A DNA stretch of 59,947 nt, counting the filler. It is 8 parts of 8 records of this genome, joined end to end, with 100 filler letters (N's around TTAATTAATTAA, not from the genome) between each part and the next. Parts side by side here need not be neighbours in the genome. Positions count along the whole stretch, not along the records: positions 30,690 to 36,734 come from SRR31147125_78873; positions 36,835 to 44,800 come from SRR31147125_78890; 6 more parts are not named here. One strand, given 5' to 3'. A program made the translations under genes and the position numbers. Below, one piece after another: positions 32,705 through 42,541 of this stretch; position 1 is the stretch's first letter, and every line of letters starts with the position of its first letter. The notes below the pieces were generated by a model. The model had not been told where the DNA came from, made no database searches, and worked only from the letters and a program-made list of their open reading frames with translations.

Positions 32705-32850
32705 TGGCAGAAAACAATCCACAGATTACGCAGATTCGGACAGATGGACGACTGAACTGAATATGATCAAGAGAAGACGCGAAGGGCGTTAATAAAACAG
32801 GTCTCAACCTGGCGGGCTTTGGGGCTTGAGCGTAGCGGGCGAGAGTTAAA

Positions 32851-33996
32851 TTAATCAACCTGGAAATCGCCCAACGGCATCACCATTATCTGATCGGCGA
32901 TGGGATAGGATGAGTCAACTGGAGCGATTACAACAGTTTTGTCCGGAGAGATGTCGTCAATGCAATTCCAAAAATTTTTTTTAAGTTTTGGGCTTGTTGA
33001 CGATTTGATTTCAACTGCGATTTTCTTCATACCTTTGGTTAATACGAGATCGATTTCCGCTCCGTTTGAAGTTCGATAAAAAGACATCTCCCAGCGTGGC
33101 AACCGGGAGACGATATTTTCTATGACATAGCCTTCGAAAGATGAGCCGTAAACCGGGTGGGCGAAAAGATCTTCCATGTCTTCAATATTCAGCAATGCAT
33201 GCAGGATTCCTGAATCACGAATATATACTTTGGGGGATTTGATCAGGCGTTTTTTTACATTTCCTGAATAAGGCACCAGCGTGCGCAACATGAATGTTTG
33301 TTCCAAAAGATCGATATATTTTCTGATCGTATGTGAACTGACACCCATGGATCCCGCCAATTGGGATGCGTTGAGAACTTGACCGTGACTATGCGCAATC
33401 ATACGCCAAAATCGTCCGATCGTGTTTGCGGGCAGTTGAAAACCGAGTTGCGGAATATCTCTTTCCAGAAAAGTTCGAATGTAATCTTCTCGCCACTGAA
33501 AACTGGAATCAATGTTTTCCGTTAATATACTCCGTGGGTAGCCGCCTTGGAGCCAGTGGGCTGCTGGATCCACAAAGGAAGCTTCTTTATAGTTAAACGG
33601 TGTGATTTCAATATATGATATTCGGCCGGCCAAGGACTCAGCGCTTTGTCTGATTAAATCCCTGGAGGCAGAACCAAGAATGAGAAACTGGCCGTTTTTT
33701 CGGTTTCGATCGATTATGCCTCTTAAAGTTGGAAAAATATCTGGTAATCGCTGAATTTCATCTAAACATATCAGATGATTGTTGAACTGGAAAAAGAAGG
33801 CTTCCGGATCAGTCAGTTTGTTCAAATCTGCAGGACGTTCCAAGTCCAAATGAATCGCCTTTGGAAATTGGTCGATCACAATGCTTGCAATTGTAGTCTT
33901 ACCCACTTGACGTGCACCAAGCAGAGCGACTGCAGGAAAGTTTCTTAACCGGCCGTTCACCGTTTCGATTATTTCTCTGGGAACAATATCATGCAT
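32851..33996 (-). CDS. AAA_14/DUF4143 family ATP-binding protein
   Basis: GARQVGKTT, LDEIQ, LGSAS, ESLAGRI, GGYP, KSPKVYIRDSG, EIDL..EIK. Confidence 0.9.
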   Translation of the reverse strand: MHDIVPREIIETVNGRLRNFPAVALLGARQVGKTTIASIVIDQFPKAIHLDLERPADLNKLTDPEAFFFQFNNHLICLDEIQRLPDIFPTLRGIIDRNRKNGQFLILGSASRDLIRQSAESLAGRISYIEITPFNYKEASFVDPAAHWLQGGYPRSILTENIDSSFQWREDYIRTFLERDIPQLGFQLPANTIGRFWRMIAHSHGQVLNASQLAGSMGVSSHTIRKYIDLLEQTFMLRTLVPYSGNVKKRLIKSPKVYIRDSGILHALLNIEDMEDLFAHPVYGSSFEGYVIENIVSRLPRWEMSFYRTSNGAEIDLVLTKGMKKIAVEIKSSTSPKLKKNFWNCIDDISPDKTVVIAPVDSSYPIADQIMVMPLGDFQVD

Positions 33997-34139
33997 ATTG
34001 GAATCCTAAGTTCAAATTTACATAGTGTCAGGCATGAAAAAATAAACAGATTTGAAGAACAAAGTAGAAAATAATTTGCGTAACGTTGTCAGGGCGTAGC
34101 TCTTTGCAAAGGCCGATCTGCGGATCGGAAACAGTGTGC

Positions 34140-34470
34140 TCAAAGATTAAGATGGATTTTCAACGCTTTTTCAATAAGCGTAACCCGGTCTTCATCCAAC
34201 ATACCGATCCGTTTGACAATGCGGCGTTTGTCAATGGTTCGGATTTGATCCGCTTTAACTTTGGAGTCCTTAGGAAGATTGGCCGCCCCTTTTCTTAGTT
34301 TTACCTCGAAAGGATAAATTTTAACCGATTTTTGCGATGTGATCGGAAGGATGGTAATCGTTCCCGAATATTTGTTGCTGATATTGTTCGATATAATGAC
34401 AACCGGCCTTGTTTTAGCCATTTTTCGACCAACAGTCGGATCTAATGAAGCCAAATGAATTTCGCCTCAT
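34140..34470 (-). pseudogene. MazF/PemK family toxin with a damaged 5' end and no antitoxin
   Basis: GEIHLASLDPTVGR..KTRPVVIISN..SKVKADQIRTIDKRR; ATG at 34470 is out of frame with GEI and has no SD. Confidence 0.75.
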
Positions 34471-34650
34471 ACACAGGGGGCAAAAAAGAGCTTGCTTGGG
34501 TGATAGGTTGAAAAATGAAGTTGGGAAGAGCAGAAGAGATGAGGATCGGTGATGGGTAATTAGTGAAGGGTGAACGGGTGAAGATCGGAAGATACGAAAA
34601 GCGACAGAATAGAAGCTATGGAAAACGGTAGGTTTAGGCCATGATCCAAT

Positions 34651-34936
34651 CCTGCTGAAAAGCGGTATTCTTTGGTTGACCAAATTAGGCGCTAATCAAG
34701 ATTTGCATGTGCAAACTTGGCAGAAGGATGGCGAAAAAGGAAATACGAGGCAGTTTTCAGAAACAAACTTACCGACTCAATGCAGGAAGCATCAGAAACA
34801 CAATGTTGGTTGGAGTTCAGCCTTGCCTGTGGATATATATGAAAAGAATTGTTTGAAACACTTGATGAGGAATACCAGCGAATTATTCGCCATGCTGAAC
34901 GGAATCGAAAGACAAGCGGAAAAATTCTGTTTTTGA
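34651..34936 (+). pseudogene. Four-helix-bundle (23S rRNA IVP-like) protein pseudogene
   Basis: Hand translation PAEKRYSLVDQIRR*SRFACANLAEGWRKRKYEAVFRNKLTDSMQEASETQCWLEFSLACGYI, with an internal TAA, frameshifts and a missing N-terminus. Confidence 0.8.
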
Positions 34937-34965
34937 GTTTTGCTTTTCCCATATCCGAGCACACT

Positions 34966-36278
34966 TTGTACAAAAACATTTTAATATATATCTTATTCTA
35001 TACCGTTAGCACCATAATACAGGCTTCCTCCCCGGTTTATGCGAACACAATAAAAACCATTACCCCCAGGCTGACGGTCCGCGAAAGATTTGACGACAAC
35101 CTGGGCTTGAATCCCGACAACAAGGATCGCGACTGGATAACAAGCGTTTTTCCGGGAATCCTGTTTAATCTCAGGGGGGAGAGAATTGATCTGGATCTGG
35201 ATTTTGAGAGCGGTTGGAACTGGTACTTGGATGATTCGTCGCGCGATGACCGGGAATACAGGGGAATCGTCCGCTGGGATCAGCAGCTGACCGAATTCCT
35301 TTCATTCAACCTGAACGACACTTTTACCCAGACAGACGATCCCATCACGGTTTACGACGGCGAGGTGGTGGATGTCCGCGGGGAGATCGCACACAGTACC
35401 GTAACAACGGGCAGGCCAGTCTTTCATATGTGTTCGGAGCAGACGATCGCATAAGCGGTGGTTATCGCAACTCGTACATCGATGATCGGGATGAGATCAA
35501 CGACGACAGGAACAGTCATGTGGGGTTTGCCAGTGTGGACAAGTGGTTCGGCGAGCGTGTCGGCCTTGGTCTGAGCCTGAGCCACACCAACGGAAATTTT
35601 GAAATCCGGGATGATTTCCGCCAGTGGAACATGGGGATCACCAGCTATTATCGCTGGAACCCCTATCGCTTTGCATATGCACGCTACACGCTCCTGGATC
35701 ATAACTACGATGCGGATGCGTTCTATTATCTTGGAGACGACTATCGGGTGCACAAAGGAAGCAAAGACTATCAGGTGCATGAAGGGTTGGTGGGCGTCAA
35801 CCTGGCCCTTTCCGAATTCACCAGTCTGTATATGGATGCCGGCTATTTCAGCCAGAAGTATCGCAGCGACTACAGCGAGGACCAGGAAGGTCCAGCGTTC
35901 AACTTAAGTTTTTCGACCCGCAGGGAACGGATCACCTGGAGCATTAATGCCAGTGGTGGCTATGACGAGGACTATTTTTCCACGGATGATTTCGGCTCTT
36001 CCCGGTTCGCCAAGGGGGTGGCCCGCGTCAATTACCGGCTTACGGAGACCCTTAGCATGGTTGCCACTTTTGACTACCGTTGGGATGACTTCTACGTGGA
36101 AGAGGTCAAGGAGGACCGCATCAGGGCAACCGGCGGGCTGAGCTACAGATTCTGGCGCCGGTACACGGCATCCCTGCAGTACACCTACAACGAGCGGGCA
36201 TCGGAGCGATCGTCACGAAATTATACCAACAATCGGATTCAGGTTCAGTTGCGGTGGGCTTATCCGTATGAGTTTTGA
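34966..36278 (+). CDS. Outer-membrane beta-barrel protein associated with polysaccharide export; split at a G-run near 35380
   Basis: Signal-like segment then ITPRLTVRERFDDN; alternating aromatic strands; C-terminal YTNNRIQVQLRWAYPYEF; the TTG start is a guess. Confidence 0.75.
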
Positions 36279-36450
36279 TGGAGAATTCAAACCTCGCTTA
36301 CCATTACCTTGGGAAACGTTGGTCGAGGATTTCGTTTTCAGGACTAATGGATTATTGCTAACTGTATAATCTTTTCGTTTCAAATATTCTCAACTATCCA
36401 ATATTTAAAAACCAATCAAACAACCCAAACCAACAAAACAAATTATAAAA

Positions 36451-36734
36451 ATGGCTAACCGTATCTTTCTATCTCCGCCCCATATGAACGGGGAAGAGCT
36501 GACGTTTATCCAAGAGGCCTTTGCCAGTAATTACATCGCCCCGGTGGGGCCCATGGTGGATGCATTCGAGCGCGAGTTTGCCGAAGTGGTCGGGATGCGC
36601 CACGCCTTGGCCGTATCCAGCGGCACGGCCGCCATGCACCTGGCCATGCGCAATCTTGGCGTCGGGGCCGGCGATTTTGTCATCGCCTCGACGCTGACCT
36701 TTATTGGCAGCATTTCCCCGGTGGTGTTTCAGGG
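36451..36734 (+). CDS. DegT/DnrJ/EryC1/StrS (PglE-like) aminotransferase, 3'-truncated
   Basis: RIFLSPPHM, NYIAPVGP, VSSGTAAMHLA, STLTFIGS. Confidence 0.9.
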
Positions 36735-36834
36735 NNNNNNNNNNNNNNNNNNNNNNNNNNNNNNNNNNNNNNNNNNNNTTAATTAATTAANNNNNNNNNN
36801 NNNNNNNNNNNNNNNNNNNNNNNNNNNNNNNNNN
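36735..36834. other. Artificial contig spacer
   Basis: N run with TTAATTAATTAA. Confidence 0.99.
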
Positions 36835-36872
36835 TTTTAAAAACGGGCAAGGCGCCCGGAAGGAAAACAACT

Positions 36873-37364
36873 ATGGCAGATACGAAAATTGATTCCGTCA
36901 AGGAATTGAAAAACGCTTTCCCTGACCTGGCAAAAAAGCTTGTTCAGGAAGGTGTGGACTCTGTTGATGTCACAACCGCCGTGAAAGATGCGGTCAAGAC
37001 TGAAACTGACAGGATTCTGGGGCTTGCCTCCATCCAGTTCAAGGATGATGAAGGTAAATTCAAAACACTGGTGGAATCCAATATCACCGTGGACCAGTTG
37101 AAGGCAATCAAGGACCTTGAGCCCGAGACCCAGACCGAAACACCGGCCGGAGATCCCAAGGCAGAGGAAATGCTTGCAGAACTGAAAAAAGCCAATGCCC
37201 AGGATCCGGGCCAGGGTGGAGAAAGCAGCGATGGCCCTAAAACCTTTATGGCAGCCTGGAAAGCAATCAAAAAAGAGGAAGAATGCGACACCAGAACCGC
37301 TATGTCAAAGGCCGCCCGGAAATACCCTGAACTTTATAACGCTCATTCAAAAGGAGGAAAATAA
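36873..37364 (+). CDS. Putative capsid scaffold (possibly the C-terminal part of a head protease)
   Basis: ELKNAFPDL..ETDRILGL, acidic and helical, precedes the decoration and capsid genes; frame open to the contig edge. Confidence 0.55.
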   Translation: MADTKIDSVKELKNAFPDLAKKLVQEGVDSVDVTTAVKDAVKTETDRILGLASIQFKDDEGKFKTLVESNITVDQLKAIKDLEPETQTETPAGDPKAEEMLAELKKANAQDPGQGGESSDGPKTFMAAWKAIKKEEECDTRTAMSKAARKYPELYNAHSKGGK

Positions 37365-37750
37365 TGGCTGAGAGGAAAAGCCCTATCACCTTGGTTTCCG
37401 GTACCGGTGGCGTATCTGCGAAACGCCTTGTAAAACTGTCATCCGGGAAAATGGCCCATAATACAAAAGCTGCGACTGATGACCCCATTGGTGTTGTTGA
37501 CTATTCTGTATCCGCCGGTGATGTCGGGGCGGTAAAACTGTTGTCCGAAAGCGGTACCCTTGAAATCACTGCAGCCGGGGCAATCGCACAGGACGCTGAT
37601 GTTTATGCCGCGGATCATGGCAAAATCAGTGCCCTGCCGGCTACTGCCGGGACCTATCGGAAAATCGGGAAGGCGATGGAAGAGGCCACGGCGGACGGGG
37701 AGATTATTGAAATCCTGCCCTATGACTACCAGGGCACAACCACTGTTTAA
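37364..37750 (+). CDS. Capsid cement/decoration protein (DUF2190-like)
   Basis: PIGVV..AGD..V...G..EITAAGAI....VYA...G..IGKAMEEATADGEIIEIL pattern. Confidence 0.7.
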   Translation: MAERKSPITLVSGTGGVSAKRLVKLSSGKMAHNTKAATDDPIGVVDYSVSAGDVGAVKLLSESGTLEITAAGAIAQDADVYAADHGKISALPATAGTYRKIGKAMEEATADGEIIEILPYDYQGTTTV

Positions 37751-37788
37751 TCAAATCCATATCTTTGAATTTTAAGGAGTAATAAAAA

Positions 37789-38794
37789 ATGCCGCACCCT
37801 ACAAGCGACACAGCAGTACAAAGGCCTGATCTGGGCATTCTGGTCCATGAATACATGGAGAACGAATCCGCTCTTATGGGCTATATCGGTCTTTCCGTGA
37901 TGCCTCTTTTCCCGGTGGCCAAACAGTCCGCCCAGTATCCCGTCATCCCCAAAGAGGTCATGCTCAATGTTGAAAAAACCAAGCGAGCTATGAGGGGTAA
38001 ATATGGCCGGTCAGACTGGGAATATGAAGAGGGTTTTTATGGCACCTCTGAAAACGGCTGGGAAGAACCGGTAGATGACCGTGAGAAGAAACTTTATTCC
38101 AGCAAGTTTGACGCCGAGTCACTGGCAACCCAACGGGCTACCGGTATCATCCTTCGCGGCCAGGAAAAACGGATCGCCGATACCGTTTTCAATGAAGCCA
38201 ACTTTACGGCAAATGCTGTCATCAATGAATGGGACGATGCCGCGAACGCAACCCCCATTGATGACGTAGCAGCCGGGAAGTTGGCCGTACGCGAGGGATG
38301 CGGTTGCTGCCCAATGCCCTGGTAATTGCCTATTCCACCTACCTCAATTTGAAACGGTGCGCCCAGATTATCGACCTTATCAAGTACACCTTCCCTGGCC
38401 TGGACATCAATAAAATGTCCCTGGTACAGCTGGCCCAGGTACTGGATGTTCCCTGTGTAATGGTTGGTGGTGCTGTCTACAATTCCGCTAACAGGGGGAA
38501 GGAAGCTGCCATCTCTGACATCTGGAGCAATGAATATGCCATGTTAACCCGGATCAGTGAAGGCATGGACATTACCACCCCTGCCTCGGCCGGACAGTTC
38601 TTTGGACCGAGGACAGTGGCAGCAACCATGTGGTTGAAACTTACCGTGAAGAACAGTCCCGTGGTGACGTAGTCCGGGTTCGTCATGACACCCAGGAAAC
38701 TATGATCATGTCCAGAGACAAAGACGGCGGTGTTAAGAGCAATATTTCCGCTGCTTGTTCTTACCTCATGAAGAATATCACCACTCCGAAGTAA
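37789..38794 (+). CDS. Major capsid protein (lambda gpE-like), broken by several frameshifts
   Basis: Joined frames read MPHPTSD..GQEKRIA..WDDAANATPIDD..LLPNALVI..IWSNEYAML..DVVRVRHD..YLMKNITTPK*; breaks near 38300 and 38575-38600. Confidence 0.75.
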
Positions 38795-38799
38795 TCACC

Positions 38800-39126
38800 A
38801 TGGGCCTGCTTAAAAACGCCATGGGGCATATGTCCTCTGTATTATATAAGGATGCAGATTCCATTTTTTTAAATAATGTGGAAATCCCTGCCCTTGTATC
38901 TGACCCTGCGGAGTCTCCGGGCCCCGGCTCATTCGGTCCAGTGGAGCCGGGCCTTATCAAAAGGATAGTGTCTGTCCGGAAATCGGAAATCCCCCATGTG
39001 CCCCGGGAAGGTGACCGGATTGAATTGTCCCTGACTCCGGATTCCCCCGGAGATTGCTGGACCGTGGACCGGGTGGTGGACCTCTGGCATGAATACGATA
39101 TTCACCTTGAAAGGTACACGGGATAA
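38800..39126 (+). CDS. Putative head-tail joining protein (gpFII-like)
   Basis: About 108 aa, PREGDRIEL..WTVDRV; position after the capsid gene. Confidence 0.55.
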   Translation: MGLLKNAMGHMSSVLYKDADSIFLNNVEIPALVSDPAESPGPGSFGPVEPGLIKRIVSVRKSEIPHVPREGDRIELSLTPDSPGDCWTVDRVVDLWHEYDIHLERYTG

Positions 39127-39716
39127 TGGAAATCCACCTGACTGGCGATGTCGTTGATAAAATGGAACAGGTCATCAATGCCTTTGGGAAACAGGGGAAA
39201 ATGGCCGTGGCCAGGGCTATCAATCGGGCCGTGGCCGGGGTCAAGACAGACTCTTCCCGGGAGATCCGCGAGGAATACCCCGGGGCAAAGGCCGGGAATA
39301 TCAAAAAGACCTTTTCCGCCCAGCGGGCCAATGCTTCCAATCTCATGGGCATGGCCCGGTCCCGGGGAAGCCGGCAACCCTTGTTCCAGTTCGGGGCCCG
39401 GCCCAATAAACCCGGGGGCCGCCGGCCGCCTATAGGGGCCTCTGTCCGGGTTACCCGGCGCAAGCGGATCAAAGGTGCCTTTGCCGCCAGGATGCCAAAC
39501 GGCCATATCGGCTTGTTTATCCGGTCCGGGGAATATGGCCGGAACAAAAATCCAAACAAAGAGCGGATCCAGGAACTATACACCTTTGCAGTTCCCCAGG
39601 CCGTGGAGTGGATAGAGGAAAACCAGGGGGCCATATCAGACGGCGCCCGGGAAAGATTTACCAAAAACCTGAACCATGAAATGGACCGAATTTTAAAAAG
39701 CCTGGGAGCCAGATAA
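39126..39716 (+). CDS. Phage minor tail protein (lambda gpZ-like)
   Basis: Basic 196 aa; ARAINRA, GAFAARMPNGHIGLFIR, IQELYTFAVPQ, RFTKNLNHEMDRIL. Confidence 0.75.
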   Translation: MEIHLTGDVVDKMEQVINAFGKQGKMAVARAINRAVAGVKTDSSREIREEYPGAKAGNIKKTFSAQRANASNLMGMARSRGSRQPLFQFGARPNKPGGRRPPIGASVRVTRRKRIKGAFAARMPNGHIGLFIRSGEYGRNKNPNKERIQELYTFAVPQAVEWIEENQGAISDGARERFTKNLNHEMDRILKSLGAR

Positions 39717-40218
39717 TGTTTTTACTTTTGACCGAGTTAAAAAAGCTGTTTGAAACCGGATTCCAGGGCGTGAACTTTGCGGTATCAGAGGCCAGACCTG
39801 CCCGGTTCCGCCCCCTGGGGTTCACATTGGGGCCCTTCCAGCCCGGCCGTCCACTGGAGAGAAGGAAGAATACCCCTTTATCGTTCACCGGATCGTTACC
39901 GGACAGGATGACCAAAACTCTGCCGATGCCACCGTCAACACCGTTTGCGGGATCTGGACTCCGGACACTGAGGAAGCCGGGGAAAATGAAATCCTGAACA
40001 TGGTGGCCCGGGGCCGGGGCCTGATCCTGCAAAACCAGACCCTTGATGACACATATCGGCTGGAACTGCCCATGAAATGGACTCTGGGCCTGGTCTCCGA
40101 CCAGTTTGTTCAGCCCCATCCATTTTATGGGGGGATCATCACCACAAAATGGGAGATTCCCACCTATGAAAAAACCTTACTTACGGAGGAATTAGAGTCG
40201 TATGGCTACCTCAGATAA
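39716..40218 (+). CDS. Putative tail terminator/completion protein; frameshift near 39810-39822
   Basis: Joined frames VHIGALP..EEYPFIVHRI..QPHPFYGGIITTKW; located between gpZ and the sheath gene. Confidence 0.5.
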
Positions 40219-40525
40219 TAAAAAATCACCGATAAAAACGCCGGAAACCCTGACCCATGTTGGACCGAAGTTAAAAGAGCCGGCTTCCATCTTGATCTAT
40301 GTGGGGCCGAATATGGGTGGAAACCTTCCCATGTCCCAGTTCACCACCTACCGGGGAGGCCTGCCCGCCCCTGTGGCTGACCGGTTCAATGCTGACCCTG
40401 AATTCAGCCGGCTTTTTTGCCCGGTTGAAGAACTGAACGACGCCAGGGCGGAACTGAAAGACCCGGCATCCGTCCGGGCCAGGGCCTTTGCCTCTGTTTT
40501 GAAAGCAGGAAAGGAGCGTAAATAA
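40202..40525 (+). CDS. Phage hypothetical protein preceding the sheath gene
   Basis: LIYVGPN..QFTTYRGGLP..LFCPVEEL; coupled to the sheath start. Confidence 0.65.
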   Translation: MATSDNKKSPIKTPETLTHVGPKLKEPASILIYVGPNMGGNLPMSQFTTYRGGLPAPVADRFNADPEFSRLFCPVEELNDARAELKDPASVRARAFASVLKAGKERK

Positions 40526-41961
40526 TGAGTTACAAACACGGCGTTCATGTCTATGAGCAGCCCACCAGTATTGTTCCACCGGCCAGAGTTGATGCCGCTA
40601 TGCCTGTGGTGGTCGGTTGTGCGCCTGTCCACCTCTTGGATAAAACAGGCCCGGTAAATAATCCGGTGCTTTGCCATTCCTATAAGGGGGCCGTCACCCA
40701 GCTGGGGTATTCCGATGATTTTTCCAAGTGGAATCTCTGTGAGTTCATGACGGCCATGTTCTCCCTTTTCGCGGTTTCCCCTGTGGTCTTTGTCAATGTA
40801 TTCGACCCTGCCACCCATAAAACGTCCGTGGCATCCGAAGCCATCACCCTGGCCGGGGATAAGGCATCTGTGGCCAATCCGGGCATGATTGCAGGTACAA
40901 TTGTGGTTAAGAACAAGGCCGGGGACACCACTCACGTGGCTGACACGGATTATATTGTTGACCGGGCGGCCGGGACCATTACCCGGATCAAAACCGGGGC
41001 CATTGCCGCCAATGCAGAATTGACCATTTCCTATGATTACGGTGATCCCTCCAAAGTCACCACGGCGGATATCATCGGCGGCATTGATGCTGGGACCGGT
41101 AAGACCACGGGCCTGGAACTGATCAATTCCGTTTTCCCCATGTTCGGCATGGTCCCGGGCCAGATTGTGGCCCCCGGGTATTCCATTGATTCCGGGGTGG
41201 CTGCCGTCATGCATGCAAAGGCTGGGAACATCAACGGGCATTTCAAGGCTGTGGCTGTGGTTGACATCGATTCCGGAACCGTCACCAAATACACGGATGT
41301 GTCCGCGGCCAAGAACACCAATAATTTGACCGATGAACAGCTTGTGGTTTGCTGGCCTAAGGTTTCCCTGGGTGGGGTCGAATACTGGCTTTCCTCCCAG
41401 GTGGCCGCTCTGATCTGCCAGGTTGACGGGGCCAATGAAGGTATCCCCTATGTTTCCCCCTCCAACAAGGGTCTGCAGATGGATTCTGCCGTGGCCAACG
41501 GGGAGCCGGTATGGCTGGGTCCGGACCAGGCCGCCTATCTCAACAGCCAGGGTATTGTCACGGCTCTAAATTTCATCGGTGGGTGGAAATGCTGGGGGAA
41601 CCGGACGGGCTGTTATCCCGGGATAACGGACGTAAAAGACGCCTTTATTCCCATTCGGCGCATGTTTAACTGGATCGGCAATACCCTCACTCTCACTTAC
41701 TGGCAAAAGGTGGATTTCCCCACCAACCGGCGCTTGATTGAAACCACTCTTGATTCGGTCAACATGTGGCTCAATGGCTTGGCAGGCCGTGGTTTCATCC
41801 TTGGGGGTCGTGTGGACTTCCAGGAGGACATGAATCCCACCACGGATCTGATCGACGGGATTATTAAATTCCATGTCCGGGTTACCCCGCCGACCCCGGC
41901 CCTGGAGATTGATTTTATTCTGGAATACGACCCGGCATACGTCAAAACCCTTTTTGGGTAA
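40525..41961 (+). CDS. Phage tail sheath protein (P2 FI-like)
   Basis: YKHGVHVYE, SPSNK, LNSQGIVT, WGNRT, FIPIRRMFNW, PPTPALEIDF. Confidence 0.93.
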   Translation: MSYKHGVHVYEQPTSIVPPARVDAAMPVVVGCAPVHLLDKTGPVNNPVLCHSYKGAVTQLGYSDDFSKWNLCEFMTAMFSLFAVSPVVFVNVFDPATHKTSVASEAITLAGDKASVANPGMIAGTIVVKNKAGDTTHVADTDYIVDRAAGTITRIKTGAIAANAELTISYDYGDPSKVTTADIIGGIDAGTGKTTGLELINSVFPMFGMVPGQIVAPGYSIDSGVAAVMHAKAGNINGHFKAVAVVDIDSGTVTKYTDVSAAKNTNNLTDEQLVVCWPKVSLGGVEYWLSSQVAALICQVDGANEGIPYVSPSNKGLQMDSAVANGEPVWLGPDQAAYLNSQGIVTALNFIGGWKCWGNRTGCYPGITDVKDAFIPIRRMFNWIGNTLTLTYWQKVDFPTNRRLIETTLDSVNMWLNGLAGRGFILGGRVDFQEDMNPTTDLIDGIIKFHVRVTPPTPALEIDFILEYDPAYVKTLFG

Positions 41962-42016
41962 TTCATTGATTCCGGGCGGATGAAAATTCCGCCCCTATAT
42001 ATAAGGTGTAAAATCT

Positions 42017-42538
42017 ATGTCCAATAAAATAAATGAACTGGTGACCAATTTCCGGGTGTACCTGGACGGCAAAGACCTTTTGGGCACAGCCGACGTGGAC
42101 CTGCCCGACATCGAGGCCATGACCGAAACCGTCAAGGGCGCCGGGATTGCCGGTGAACTGGAGAGCCCCATCCTTGGCCATTACGGTGCCATGAATCTGA
42201 CCATCAACTGGCGGACCATCACCGGCAACACCCTGACCCTGGCCAAACCCATGACCCATCACCTGGAATTGCGGGGATCTGTCCAGGTCAAGGATGCCGG
42301 TACCGGTAAATATTCCATCCAGGCCCAGAAGATCGTGGTCCAGGCCATCCCGAAAAAAACAGGCCTGGGCAAGCTGGATGTGGGTGCCAGACAGGATACC
42401 AGTTCCGAATTTGAATGCTCTTACATCAAAATTTTTATTGACGGGAAAGAGCAGCTTGAAATCGACAAGCCCAACTTCATCTGCGTGATCGATGGTGAAG
42501 ACTTTTTGGCTGAAACACGTACTGCACTGGGGATTTAA
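42017..42538 (+). CDS. Phage major tail tube protein (P2 FII-like)
   Basis: VDLPDI..ETVKGAGIAGE, YIKIFIDGKEQLEIDKPN..IDGEDFLAETRTALG. Confidence 0.92.
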   Translation: MSNKINELVTNFRVYLDGKDLLGTADVDLPDIEAMTETVKGAGIAGELESPILGHYGAMNLTINWRTITGNTLTLAKPMTHHLELRGSVQVKDAGTGKYSIQAQKIVVQAIPKKTGLGKLDVGARQDTSSEFECSYIKIFIDGKEQLEIDKPNFICVIDGEDFLAETRTALGI

Positions 42539-42541
42539 TCC

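Larger units (their letters stand above)
31851..32745. repeat. Three blocks of CAGATT-core 9-10-mer microrepeats (31851-31878 +, 32013-32040 -, 32719-32745 +)
   Basis: CCACAGATT ACGCGGATT AACGCAGATT; inverse AATCCGTGAA AATCTGCGG AATCTGTGG; CCACAGATT ACGCAGATT CGGACAGAT. Confidence 0.75.

Noticed and set aside
31851-32745. CAGATT repeats as a CRISPR array
   Set aside because: Units are 9-10 nt, adjacent, without unique spacers, and no cas genes are present
34075-34139. attC-like site between the mazF remnant and the ATPase gene
   Set aside because: GTTACGC deviates from GTTRRRY, no complementary RYYYAAC box was found and no integrase is present
40348-41241. Long antisense ORFs (e.g. 2224..3039, 38957..39664, 40348..41241, 49306..50187)
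   Set aside because: Shadow frames of well-supported genes, with no motifs or ribosome-binding sites
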